From: Lama glama
Lineage: Eukaryota
DNA: 64,000 nucleotides
Assembly: GCA_028534125.1 (NCBI GenBank)
Contig: CM052816.1
Span: 30,754,001 to 30,818,000, forward strand
Direction of reading: 5' to 3'
Below the pieces are notes generated by a model, which saw only the letters and a list, made by a program, of their open reading frames with translations, did not search any database and was not told where the DNA came from. Position numbers and translations under genes: made by a program. This document shows, in pieces, positions 37,780 through 51,230 of this stretch; the first letter of the stretch is position 1; the number at the start of each line of letters is the position of its first letter.

Positions 37780-38739
37780 CTCTTGCACTTTTAATTATTT
37801 ATATTAATCATCTTTGAGGCACATGGAAGAGTTTTTAGTGAAAAGTGTTCTGCAACATATGTGATTCTAAAGTGCTACTAAATTGCCCATAGAAAAATGC
37901 AGTTTTGTTTGTAAGCATTCCAAAAGAAGTACTGAATTACCTAGAAATGTATTATGAAATCCACAAGTTACTGCAGTCAGGATAGTGTTGAGAGATGAGC
38001 TACATAGATATTTAACAGTTGGAATACAGGAGCTATTGCAGAGGCTAAAGAAACAGAGATTGTTAAGTCTGGAGATTGTTAAGGAGAGAATGGTCACTTC
38101 CTGTTCTCCATCTTTTCTGAGAACAGGACCAAAGAAAATCAACTTACACTAAAACGGTTATATTAAAAATATACAAAGGTATCTGGGTAGTGAGCATTGT
38201 TCAACAGTGAAATGATTCAGGGTACAGACTCTTCTTATTTACAAGCTTATAAAAAGTAAATGGTTTTGGTTCAACGTGGAGAAGTGGTGATGAAAGCTGA
38301 TCTCTGATGGTTCAATTCAAGGTTCATTAAAAGAAGACAACAGCTTACATCAACTTTTGAAGAAATTATGTATCTCTTCAAAATAATTTGCAAATTGAAT
38401 ATGAGTGATAACAAGAGACTGACAGGTATCTCAGACTGACAGGTATCTCAAGCCTACAAAGGGATATTTTTTGTCCAACATACTTTAATGAATAAAGGCG
38501 AAATTTATGAACTCATGATTTGCTAAGTGTGAAATTTTGGAAAGCTCTAAAAATGTATTCTAAATTAAAAGATACATTTAAGGGAGTAAATTTGCAAATG
38601 TCACATTACATATTATGGAAAGCATCTATATTTCATATAATATTTGAAGTACTTTCAAAGTTTGAGTGTGGCAGACTGTTACAAATAGAATAAATGCTAT
38701 TAAAAAATATATTCAGTAGTTAGAAGAACTTTAAAAAAG

Positions 38740-39100
38740 AGAAATGATTCTTGTCCTCGAGAATTCAAAACCCAACAGTGAATCAGATTAGCAAATACTT
38801 AATTGCTGCCTAATGTACAAAAATGTGATGCTAGAAATACAAAGAGCTGTAGGTGCATAGAAGATCAGATTTATAGGCTCTACTTGGAAATAGAATATTT
38901 GAAATGGGTTTTAGAGAATGAACATGAGTTTTTCAAACACAGAAGCCGATGAGCAGGCTAGGCACAGAAAACCACAAAGGCATGGAGGAAACAAAGAGGA
39001 TGGCATTTCAAAGAATATGCAAAGTTTAGTGAGTCTGGAAGGTAAAGTAATCCAACAGGAGCAATAGAGTATCAGTTAGAACCAAACTGTAAAGATGTCA
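38740..39100 (-). mobile_element. Degraded L2
   Basis: TTCTTGTCCTCGAGAATTCAAAACCCA, TTTGAAATGGGTTTTAGAGAATGAA, CAAAGGCATGGAGG. Confidence 0.5.
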
Positions 39101-42100
39101 GGTAAGGTGTTTGGACTTTAAACTGTCAATGAAAATTGATGCGCCAAATAGTTTCCTTGGCCTCAACCCCAGAATTCTAATGGGAGGACGATTCTGCTGC
39201 AGCTTTTCAAGGATCAGAGTTTGAAAACCAAGAGTACAAGGCAATGGGGAGCCAACAAAGGTCTCTGTGTATTTGTGTATTCCTGAACCACCTAACAAAC
39301 CCTTCCAAAATTTTTGTAAAAAAATAGCCAATTACAACACTTTTCTCTATCCATAGACGGCTCCGCAAAGTGCTCAACAAGACAATAACATCAACTGTCC
39401 TGTTAGACTGGAGAAAACAGACAAATCTACAAAAGTCTCCCAGGTCTAAATTCACCGCACAGTGCACCGGAAAATGGCTGGATTTTTTTCAGTCCCAACG
39501 AAACAGAAGATGTTCTTGGGCAGATAAAGTAAGGTTGATTAATTTACATGCACAGCTGCCTTCCGGGCTAACTGTCATCCACTTGACAGGATGAAGCAGC
39601 CTGACATTCCAAACATGAATATTTCATAGCAAAACTGTGACTCTTACCAATAAATGGGGTAGGGAGTTGGCAAGGAGGGCAGTGAGAGATGTATACAGTC
39701 GTGTTGCTACTGGATAAATACCCCCACACCTAAAGCCAGCTTTGGGTGACAATGTTTTTCAGAGGAAATATATGAGATTTAAGGTTTTCAACAAGCCAAA
39801 GATATTTAAGCCCTTGATTTTCAAGTACTCAAGTGTTCTTTTTAACTTTTAAAAAGTGATGTGAAAAACTGTTAGAGATAATGTGAATGATCTTCTAATG
39901 CTTAATGTGAAAAAAGAAGTAAAGATCGCCCATTTTAGGAGGTAATTTGATTTTATGCATTTGGGAAACAATGAACCTCAGGATTGGAGATCACTGATTT
40001 GCTATACTTGTATGCAGAACATGAACAAATGAAAGACTAGGAATAAATAATATAGGGGTATACATGAGGGTAGAGATATGAAGCATTTGCTTATAGGATA
40101 AAATTTCAATCATATGCTTTAAAAGTAAATGTGATAACTTTTTTTGGAGCCATATCTAATTGATATGAACAGTCTAATAAAAATATTTTTAAATCCCATC
40201 AAAGTTTTAAAAATATATTATACATCAACAAACTTAAAGAGGAATCAGAGACCAGTTTAGGGTAGGTCTATGGTACTAATTTGAGAGGAAACACACCTTG
40301 ACAGAAATTCCAGGGTGTCTGAACTGAATTTTAGAATGTGTAGTTTAAATTTTTCCACCTTTTAATTGCAGTTTTAATGCTTCTTAAAGAATGATGAATT
40401 CCTAGAATATCATGAATTCATACTTAAGAGTAAATATCAAGTCACTGATTATCTAAGTATTGTATAATAGAAAATATTCTAGTATTTACTGTGAAAAATA
40501 TGGGAACACTAGAAAAATGCATAATTCTCAAGTGATAAAAAACATATGACTAAAATTATTATATATATACATAATAACTTAATTTTTAGTGTGATTATTG
40601 GCACTCTAAATCTAGAACATTCAATTAGAATACATGTACACAATTAAAGTCACTTATTTTCTAACTCTCTGCTGATTTCAAAGCATGGAACACTCACTTA
40701 TTATACTAGGCACAAAGTGTTCTGTTTTCAAATTTCATTCTTAGTCAGTGATGGTGTTTGTTGTTCTGAATTTTCAGAATGATTATTTTAATTAATTGAT
40801 TTCCTAGGTTGTGTGTACAATAAATTTAGATATAGTGCATATTTCTCAGATATAGAAAAAATCATTTTCAGTAGTATCATGCAAAATAAAGTTTTTTATT
40901 GATCATTATTCAGTACATGACCATCTACTTTTGGGGAGTGTAATACCATTGAAAACACTAACGCCTACATTTAAGAGACAGAGAGCACAGTAGGTAATCA
41001 AATTTTGCCCATTAGAATCATAAAGATGTTTTATGTTATTTCATTACCTGGGTGTCAGTGTCCCACTGATTTAACTTAAGTCTCAAAAACATTTATTTGG
41101 CTATAGAGATAAAGAGTTTGGACCATTAGAAAATTCTGTTAGTACTGTAGTGAAGACCAGAGGATGCTATCCTTTGGTAAAATACCTTTAATATTAAGAA
41201 GAAGGATATGCAATTGAAAAGACATTACTCATTGTTAGGTTTAGAGATGACAGTCAGTTCCATAAACTTAAAACTATGTCATGTAATATTTTAGTTAGAC
41301 TATTTTCTACTAAAGGCTTTTCTAAAGAATAATCAAACAAACAAACCCAGTTTACATTTACTGAATTTAGGATTTCTGGACCTCAGATAGTAGAGATAAG
41401 TTGTCCACTTTTATGTCCATCACCTCACAGTGAAAACTACAGCCTGACAAACCGGCAAATGCCAACAGGGTTTCTTTTTCTTGCAAGCCTTACTCTGCTA
41501 GTGTCAAGTAAAGATAGCACTGTCTAATTCTCTTATTACTGAGGGCACTCGATTAAGTGGAATCTCACATTTCAGAACTCTATCCATGAAGTCCCCATTT
41601 TACAAAGGTAGAAAACAAATTCACTTTCACTTTTTGTTTGAATAAATGGGTTATAAAATCAAAAATGTATTAAAAATATATAGAAAGTAGAACTAGGTGG
41701 ACTTTAGTAGGCTTAAACTAAAGCTCTCAAGGTATCAACCATATGAGTCCTAACTCAGTTCCCCTCTTGTCTTCATCAACTGTACTGAGGACCACCAGCC
41801 TTCCAGTCAGAGGAGAGCAATGACCCACTCTAGAAGGCTACTGCCAGACCCTAAAGTAAGGCTGGCTGAGAAAAAGAGACCATCCTACTTACTTTTTGTT
41901 TTTGAACCACCACTATGTGTAAACTGGTGGACATGCCCCTCAAAAGTCAAATGTTGACTGTATTCATTTCATCATGAGGAGGAAATACCAGTCAGAATGA
42001 GCTCTCAGTTAGATGGAAGAATAGTGATCTAAACCTTTCCTCTTCATTTTCATCACTAATTCTCTCAACCTGCCTAGGTAAATATGCTACACAAAATAGG

Positions 42101-43079
42101 GAGTGCCAAGATCTAACGCCTCTCCCAAATAGTTCTCAAACAAAAAAATCAATTAAGAAACAGAAACTTCACTTTACTTTTTTCCAAGCCATAGCTAAAT
42201 ATTATATTTAATCACTATCAATGCTGTAAAGTTCACGGGATTCTCATTTCTACTGAAGGTATAAGCATCTTAAAAATCTTTATATCTTTACTCTTGTTCG
42301 TGAAGATACTAGGGAGGTATCTTAAATAGAATTACATTGTCTTAGAACTCAGAATTTCTCTAACATTTTGTACTTTGCAATTCTGTGTCTTATCCCTTCT
42401 AGGTAATTTTCTGACAGGAGAATTCACTTTCAATATCAATGCCCTTGAAGAATGAATCTTCCCTTCATGAATCCTCCTATCCAGCCTCTGTGGGAGCAGC
42501 CAAAATTGTGTTTTTCTGGCTTTTATAACCATGGCAATTTAGGGGCGTATAATTACATCTATCTTATAAAAATAAATAAATGTATAGAGACTTCTGGTAT
42601 GAATGTGGCTGTCTATCAGCTCCCCACCCCTACACCTATTCCTCCTGGAAATTATATAAAGGTCTCTCCTACACACTCCATTTTCAATGAAACTAGGAGA
42701 GAGAGATATACTATGCATTTAACAAATACATATGTACTGACTGCATAAGTAGGTGAGATTTGGCAGAAGGTGCACAAGAGGAAGAACAGAGGAGAGAGTG
42801 AAAAGAGACCCTACAGTGGCAGTTCTTTGAAGGCAACAAAAATACTTCCTGAAGGTGCGAGGATCTCATTCAGTAGTGCAAAAGGTATATACTTTGTATG
42901 CAAGCTGGTACAGAAATTTCTTTGATAAAGTTAAGAAATAAAAATTAAATTACATACTAAAACCTATCCATGGACAAAAGGGAAACAAAACATAAGTCAA
43001 AACAAATAAACCTAAGTATTTCTGCAATATATATCATCTATATAAATGCACTTGCTGTATCCTAAACATATAGAACACT

Positions 43080-43760
43080 GCAAGCCACACAGTAAGTATC
43101 TACAGAATGAATGCATGAACTAAATAGAAAAATTTTGGCTAAGACTATAGTTTGTAGAAAAGAGAATAAAAATAGCTTTTACACATATTTTAAAATGTTC
43201 AGCCACTAGTCATAATAAGATAAATTATCTCATTTTCATCTATTAAATTGGCAAAAATCCAAACACTTGATAAAACTTTCTGTTGGCAAAGCTGTGAAGA
43301 AACAGTTGTTATCATACATAGCTGATGGGCATGTCATTTGGATGGAGAGCAAGTTGGTAATAGCTATCAAAAGTACAAAGGCAGATACCTTTTGACACAG
43401 CAATTCCAGTTTGCGTAGTGAACTAGAGACCTGTTTACGTGCATAAGGAGTTATGGATAAGGCGACTCATGTTATTGTCATGATGAAAGGTGAAAGAATG
43501 CGAAAAAATCAAGTTTCCACTGTTAGGGGACTAGGACTGGTTAAACTGATTATAATGTATTTACTCAATGGGAATATGATATATCTATAGAAAGAATCAG
43601 AACTCCCCGAACATCTTCAGGATATATGATTAAATGAAGAAAGTACAAGTCAAGACAGTATTTATATTATGCCACCTTTTGTATCTTAAAAAAGGTAGAT
43701 AAAAAAGAATACTTATTTGTAATTATTTGAAAAAACTCCAGAAGCACTCACAAGAAGCTA
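43080..43760 (+). mobile_element. Old L1ME-like 3' fragment
   Basis: CATTTTCATCTATTAAATTGGCAAAAAT, TGTTGGCAAAGCTGTGAAGAAACAG, TACCTTTTGACACAGCAATTCCA. Confidence 0.65.
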
Positions 43761-43763
43761 AAA

Positions 43764-45856
43764 ACAACACAGTATTGTAAGTCCTAGCCACAGCAACCAG
43801 GTAAGAAAAAGAAGTAAAAAGGATCCAGATTGGAAGTAACAACATAAAACTGTCACTATTTGCAGATGAAAGGATACTGTATATAGAAAAGCCGGAAGTC
43901 ACCACCAAAAAACGATTAGAGCTAGGAAATTAATTTAGAAAAGTTGCAGGAAACAAAATTAATATACAGAATCTGTTGCTGTTCTACACACTAATAATGA
44001 AGTAACAAGAAATAAAAGCAAGAAAACAATCCCATTTAAAAATCACATAAAAATAATAAAATACCTAGGAATAATCTTAAACAAGAATGTGAAAGATCTC
44101 AACTCTGAAAACTATAATAAACTGATGATGGAAATTGAAGATGAGACAAAAAAATGGAAATATATCCAGGGTTCACAGAGTGGAAGAATTAATATTGCTG
44201 AAACATCCGTACTGCCCAAAGCAATCTATAGATTTAATGCATTCCCTATCAAAATACTCATGACATTTTTCACATAACTAGAACAAATAGTCCTAAAATT
44301 TATATGGAAGCACAGAAGACCCCCAAATTGCCAAAGGAATCTTGAGAAACAAAGAACAAAGTTGGAGGTATCACACTCCCTGACATCAGGCTATACTACA
44401 AAGCTACTGTCATCAAAACAGCTTGATACTGGCACAAAAACAGACACATAGATCAACAGAACAGAACAGAGAGCCCAGAAATAAGTCCACACATTATGAT
44501 CAATTAATATATGACAATAGAGGCAAGAATGTAAGAGTGAAGAAAAGTCAATCTCTTCAGTAAGTTGTGCTGAGGAAATTGGGCAGCTACATGGAATACA
44601 ATCAGATAATATTACTCACACCATATAGAAATATAAACTCAAAATAGACTAAACAACTAAGTGTAAGACCTGAGCTCCTAGAACAGAACATAGGCCAGAA
44701 CAAGCTTTGACTTAAACCACAGCAATCTTTTTTTTGGATCTGCATCCTGTGGCAAAAGAAACAAAAGAAAAATTAAACACATGGGTCTAACTAGACTTAG
44801 AAGCTTTTGCACAGCAAAGGAAACCATTCACAAAATGAAAAGGCAACCAAAGGAATGAGAGAATATTTGCAAATGATATGAATGATAATGGGTTAAAATT
44901 CAAGATATATAAACAGCTCATACAACTCAGTATAAAAAAATAATTAAAAAATGAGCACAAGACCTGAATAGACATTTTTCCAAAGAAGACATTCAGATGG
45001 CCAATAGGTACATGAAAAGATGCTCACCATCAGTAATCATCAGGGAATGCAAGTTAAAACCACAGTAAGATATCATCTCCCACTGGTCAGAATGGCTATC
45101 ATCAGAAAGTCTATAAATAACAAATGTTGGCAAGAACATAGAGAAAAGGGAATCCTTGTACTCTGTTGGTGGGAATATAATTGGAGCAGCCACTTTGGAA
45201 AATAGTATGGAAGTTCCTCAATAAATTAAAAACAGAATTACTACATGATGCAACAATTCTACTCTCGGGTATATATCTGAAGAAAATGAAAATACTAACT
45301 TGAAAAGATAAATGCACCTCAATGTTTACAGTAGCACTGTTTAAAATAACCAGGATAGGGAAGCAGCCTAAGTGTCCATCAAAAAATGAACATATAAAGA
45401 AAATGTATATACATATACAATGGAATATTACTCCGCCATAAAAATGAAACTCTGACATTTGCAACAACATAGATAGGCCCAGAGAGTATTATGCTTAGTG
45501 TAATAAGTCAGAGAAAGACAAACATTCTATATGATCACTGATAGTGGAATCCAAAAATAAAACAAATGGATATAGCAAAGTTGAAACAGCCTCACAGATG
45601 GAACAAACTAGTGGCTACCAGTAGGGAGAGGGAAGAGACGAGGGTCAAGAAAGGGGTATGGGATTAAGAGATACAAACTACTATGTAAAAAATAGATAAG
45701 CAACAAGGATATATTGTGCAGAATGTGGAAATATGGCCATTACGGCCATTGTTTTGAAATAATCTTACGTTGATTAAAATCTATAAAACTACTGAGTCAC
45801 TATGTTGTACTCCTGAAACTAATATAATATTGTAAATCAACTGTACCTCAAAAAAC
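43764..45856 (+). mobile_element. Artiodactyl-type L1, 3' ~2.1 kb (degraded ORF2 RT/C-terminus plus 3'UTR)
   Basis: ORF 44089-44277 (KDLNSENYNKLMMEIEDETKKWK...LPKAIYRFNAFPIKI) is L1 ORF2; the 3'UTR is closely similar to that at 26700-26947. Confidence 0.93.
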
Positions 45857-45899
45857 AAGCAAACATTTCATCCAGAGGCCAGCAGGAGAAAAAACAACC

Positions 45900-46380
45900 T
45901 TAGCTTGTTTGAGGATAGAATAATGTGTAATGTCAATACAGAAAAACCAGTGAGAACTACAGTGGTATGAACAAAGAGGTAAATGTGGACCTGTGATGCA
46001 GAGCCAGCTAGAGCCTTGATGGTGGGGGCAAGAAGTTTAGATTACAGTCTGTGAGGGATGAGAAGACAATGGAAGGTTTTACATAGGTGCACCATGTAAT
46101 CTGACCTATGCCAAGAAAAGGCTTGACTCTGCCATCTGGCTGCATATTTTAGGGGTCAAGAGTTGAAGGATGGATGGGTATTAAACCCAGTTGAACATGT
46201 ATATGAAACTCAGGGGGAGAGTTGAACTAGGACAAAAAGATTTAGAAATCACCTACATGTAAATGCTATTTAAAACCAAAGAAATATGAGGCAAATGACA
46301 TCATTTGTGAATGAGAATAGACAGAGAAGAGATAATAAACACAGAATTCATCCCATGGTAAGCCAACTTCTAGACATGGC
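45900..46380 (-). mobile_element. L2 fragments
   Basis: AGAAGTTTAGATTACAGTCTGTGAGGGATGAGAAGACAATGGAAGGTTTT, GATTTAGAAATCACCTACATGTAAATG. Confidence 0.6.
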
Positions 46381-47819
46381 AAGGGAAAAAGACACAAAAA
46401 ATTGGTAGGTTAATATATACAAGATAATAAAAAAACTCTGTACACATGAAAGTAATTAGTATAGAAGTAATATTTTTGGAAAATATTTGCATCGAACATG
46501 ATTTTCAAACTGCTTATATGTGTTTATTAAAAATAATGGGATCTTGTTCTTTATTTTAAATAAGGCAAACATTATGAACAAATAACTTATATAAACAAAA
46601 AGTATAAAGACAAAGGAAATGTACAATTTTGTCAGTTATGAAAGTGGTAGAAAATATACATTTCTCAGGAAATCATTATATTCTTCATCTATGGGGAAAA
46701 CAATTTTTCCTTAAACAAAACCATTCAAAGCTTGTGAGACTGTGGTGAAGGAAATAAAACTGAACACAGATGTTTGCTTTGTAATAAACAATACATGGCT
46801 TAAGACAACATGTTAATTCAATTTGATTCAGCAATTCTACCTTTGGGACTATGTATCCTAGACAATAATTACAAGAAGACTACTTTATGCAGAACCAGAT
46901 TTAGCTTTAAGAAACTGGAGAAAATCAAGAGAGCCACATATAAAGACTGACTTAAAACAAGTGCAGTGTATGTAAACTGCATGAATATTTTAAAAATTAT
47001 TATTAAAAGTGATCTATGGAAACTCATGGAAATGTGTATATACTATAGTAGGATTTCTTAAAAAGAATACATGGCATTTGTATTGTTTTAGTCTGTCCCA
47101 TTCGCACAGTCAACTGATGGATTTTTCTCTTTTGTATCCCTTCCCATTTCTAAGATATAAAATCCCAAAGACTTGCTCCCTACACACTCCTCTTTCCCAT
47201 ACACAGCTCTATCAGTTACTCAATTACCCACTTTGTTTGCATGAACTTTAGGGATGTGGCTGTGAGTTAGTGAGGACATCATTACTGACTGATCATCATT
47301 TGGAGTAAGTCTTTTTCATAAATCTGTGCAGAGATCTGATGAGGATCTGATAAGTCAGAGATAGAGGGTTAACTAGAGATAAGTTGTAGGACGCAGCTGG
47401 AATTGACAACAGAGAAATGCTCATTACGGAACAGGTAGATGTCTGAAAGGAGACAGAGGGTGGGGTTGAGGCCATGAACACTGAATTATGAGACAGACTA
47501 AGAAAGCAAGAAAAGCGCTTTAATGCACGTGCCAATACACCATACTGGCCTAGGTATAGAGGCCTTAGAGAACATACATTGAGCTAAATAGTTTTTGGGT
47601 GGTTTCAATGGGAAAAAACTGAAAAAAAAAAAAAAGCCTTTTTGAATATTCAAAGAAAGTCATTTAAAACATTTTTCTCTTCTTCCTCTCTTTCCAGATT
47701 TATCTAACCTTAGGTCTTTAGTATCTATTAATTTATAAGCAAAATAATAATATAGTTGCATTGTTCTTCCTAAGTATAATGAGAATTTTAATACTCTGGG
47801 AAACCAAAGTTTGTGTTGA

Positions 47820-48540
47820 AGAAAGGAGCAACTATTCTTATTCCCTATTAGTGAAAATGAAAATTGGTTACAGCGCCACTAAAGGAAAACAGCATGGAGA
47901 TTCCATATGATCCTGCAATCACACTTTTGGGTGGTTATCCAATGGAAATAAAAACAGGATCTAAAGATACATCTGTACAAGCATGTTTATTGCAGCGTTA
48001 TTCACAACAGCCAGGATGTGGAATCTGCCTAAGTGTCTATCAATGTCTGAATGAATAAAGATGCTGTGGTGTATATATATGCGATGGGATATTAGAAAAT
48101 CATGTGAAAGAAAAAAGTCCTTGCATTTGTGACATCTAAGTAAAGTATGTCAGGAAGAAAAAGAGAAAGGCTATATGGTATCGCTTTTATATGTGATCTA
48201 AAAAAGCAAAACTCATGGAAATGGAGCCTAGAATGGTGGTTCCCTGGGGCCCAGGAGATGGAGAAGATGTAGGTCAAAGAACACAAACTATCAGTTCTAA
48301 GATGAAAAATTTAGGGGATCTAATGTACATCGTAGAGATGATAGTTAATACTATATTATTACTTGAAAGTTGTTAAGAGTAGATAAATGTTCTCACCACC
48401 GAAAAGAAATGGTAATAATGTGACCTGACTGAAGGTGTTACCTATGGTGGTAATCATTTTGCAATACGGAAGTGTATCAAATCAACATATTATAAACCTT
48501 AAACTTACACAATGTTGTATGTCAATTATATCTCAAAAAT
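47820..48540 (+). mobile_element. L1MA9-like 3' end
   Basis: CCATATGATCCTGCAATCACACTT...GGGGATCTAATGTACATC...ACCTTAAACTTACACAATGTTGTATGTCAATTATATCTCAA. Confidence 0.85.
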
Positions 48541-49382
48541 TATTTAAACATTATAAAGTTAAGAAAAAGAATTTCTAATAGGAAATTTAATACTTTGGCA
48601 AAGCAAGTTAAGGATGTATGCCACTTCAGAGACGTTTTCAAATCATCTTCCAAGTTGTAATACAAAAGATGACCTGGTGTCAGAAATACTTTCTCAGAGC
48701 TGGGCCATTCCCTTATAGAGATGCAGGCACTTAAGGAAGCCCAATGGCTTTTTCAGACAACAAAGAAGTGACTGAGCATCCCTGCTCCTTATTTAGGTGG
48801 ATCTCCATAATTATTACATGTCTCTATATGTGCATCTCTGCCCCGTGGGGGCACTGAGTCACAATGGAACTTAACTTCTATCAAGATTTACTAAGTCCCA
48901 AGAAGAAATGGAAATGTATACTCTGATTACCTTGTCTACAAAGTGAGTAACTCTTAACAAAAGAAATCCAAAAGAAAAAAGGAAAGCATAAAAATCAGGC
49001 TGCTTAAAAGGGTAAATCCAATGCAGAAGGAATATATTCTTTAATCCTGAATGCTCTACAGAAGCTTACAATTCTATTAAAGAATTCATAGCCCTGTTTA
49101 GTTTTGTGGGGGTGAAAAGCCAAAGGAGATAATAACATGTTAACATCTCATTGAGTATTTGCTAGAATGGTCTAACAGTAAGAAATAGGAAATTAAGTGC
49201 ATATATTTGATATTATTTTTCTATCAGGCATTTGCTTTATCCTTGACTATGTTTAATGTAATAAAAATGTTACAATATTTTATTATAGAAACACTAACTT
49301 TGCGTATCATTTTATATATAGCAAGCATACATCAGACATGCAGCAATGATACTACAGTGAGTCTCAGGTCCTGGGTGACTTC

Positions 49383-49920
49383 TGTCTTAGCCTGGTTCCC
49401 CCAGAAATTAGTGCCTGGGGCAAAGGCTTCCGTGCTACAGCTATTTTAGGAAAACACAATCCCAGAGCACTGACCTGAGGGACAAGGGAGTGAGGAAAGA
49501 AGTAGGGTACCTTACAAGAACATGTTATCAAGTTGATGGCTACTGATTGCTTCATCTCACAGAACACGTCTCGAAGACACCACACAAACTTCATCTCACA
49601 GAGTCTATCCAGAGGGAGGAAGTGAGAATAATATATTCCAGGATCTATCTCCCATTTGTCAAAAATGTGTCCTTGGTGAAGCTGGAAATTCCCCATGCTT
49701 TCAGATTGCATATGCAGAATCACTAAGATGAATTCCACACTTTTGCACCTTTGGGATCCAAAAGTTATCCTTAGCCCTGGGACAGGAGGCAAGAGTTGCA
49801 GGACACAGGCATAGGGCAAGGCACTGTCAGGATGTAGTCCTGGGAAGCCTGCTCGAGTCCAGGCAGAGCAGCTGCGGATGGGACTGGTACAGTGCGGCTA
49901 AAAGGATGTGACGTGATACA
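49383..49920 (-). mobile_element. ERVL LTR33-like solo LTR
   Basis: TGTCTTAGCCTGGTTCCCCAGAAA...GCCTGGGGCAAAGGCTT...GAGGGACAAGGGAGTGAG matches the recalled reverse LTR33-family end. Confidence 0.6.
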
Positions 49921-49926
49921 GAGTAA

Positions 49927-50112
49927 GAGTGGTTCTCCACGTTTTTGCAGGCATCAGAGGTACCTGGAGGGCTTGTTAGAATACAGATCACGAGGTGCCA
50001 CTCCCAGAGTTTCTGATGCATAGGTCTGGGATAGGGCCAGTAACTTTCACTTCTACCAGCTTTGTAGGTGATTCCAATGCTACTGATCCCAGACTAGTCA
50101 TGAGAAGCACTG
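49927..50112. mobile_element. MER5A hAT-Charlie MITE
   Basis: AGTGGTTCTC...CATCAGAGGTACCTGGAGGGCTTGTTA...CCCAGAGTTTCTGAT...TGAGAAGCACTG; ~186 bp with TIRs. Confidence 0.9.
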
Positions 50113-50984
50113 CATACATCTACATTCCATTGCACCCCTCCTACACACGTCCCCCCAGGTGCTGTTGGTGTCTGGTTACCAACTCCTGCGATTCCTTCTG
50201 TGTGTAATCTATTTCCTCCAGGCCACGGGCTATATTTTTCTGGTGATCCACCTAGAGGCAATGAAGAAGGTAGGGGAGGGCCCTGAGGAGATGCCACTTC
50301 CCGATCAAAGTACCTCAGGGGAGGTCTTTGTACAAACTGCAAGGGCAGTGAGGTTCATCTACAGCAAGGGGAGAGAGCTGCTTGTGGCCAGTCCAGAGGG
50401 TTCTACAGAATCTGGAAGACAAACATACTTCTCTCTTGAATCCTAAACCAGAAAAACTTCCTTTTTGTGGTTATCTTTCTTTTCTGTTCACCTACAGAAT
50501 CTACTACGTTTTATGAGAAGATGGGAAAAATAAGGTAAATGAACAAGAAGATTTAAGTTTACTTTCAGTTTAATAAGGTCCACTTTAAATTCTTGCATAT
50601 TTATAATTTAGACTTTTAAGAACAGTAGAGAAATATTTTATGAAGGTACTATTTGAGCAGTAAGTGTATCTAGTTAAATTGATATAAAAACAGGACCTCA
50701 CAACATAGATAAATTGTAAAACAACAGGTGATGGATGGAGAGATGATTTGTTGCTTTTTATAAGGAGTATCTGTTAAACATTCTTTGAGCTCCCTTAAAG
50801 CGACTAAGATAAGTATCACAAAAATCACAACAGATCATCCATTTAGGAACATGTCTGCTAGATAAAAAATGAGGTCCAGAGGTCCAAAGGAATGTTCCAT
50901 CATAGTGACTTCACAAGCGATGGCTCTTGCTGACCTTGCCACCGCAAAGTAGCCCCTGCCAGTAGCCCCAAGGGAGCTCCTGTG

Positions 50985-51020
50985 TAATTGAATTAATGAT
51001 TTAATCATCACTAATCGAGA
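50985..51020. promoter_or_regulatory. Homeodomain site cluster including a P3 palindrome TAATTGAATTA
   Basis: TAAT-TGA-ATTA (50985-50995), ATGATTTAATCAT inverted repeat (50996-51008), and a further TAATC. Confidence 0.35.
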
Positions 51021-51089
51021 ATCTGCGAAGCCAAAACTAAGGGATGAAAATACTCTAAAGAAAACAGAACATTTGGACAATTTCCGTTC

Positions 51090-51230
51090 AGTCATTCAGT
51101 ATTTACTGAACATCTGTCTTACATTAAGAATTTCACTAAGCACTGCAAAGTCCAAGGATGACAGAAAATATTTCTGTCCTCCAGAAATACATGGTCCACT
51201 ATGGGAGATGATAAAGAAGTAATTACAGTA
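51090..51230 (-). mobile_element. L2 3' end
   Basis: TTCAGTCATTCAGTATTTACTGAACATCT...CTGTCCTCCAGAAATACATGGTCCA. Confidence 0.55.

Noticed and set aside
47220..47530. Purine-rich segment that might be an L2 or LTR relic
   Set aside because: Could not be assigned to a family with any confidence by eye.
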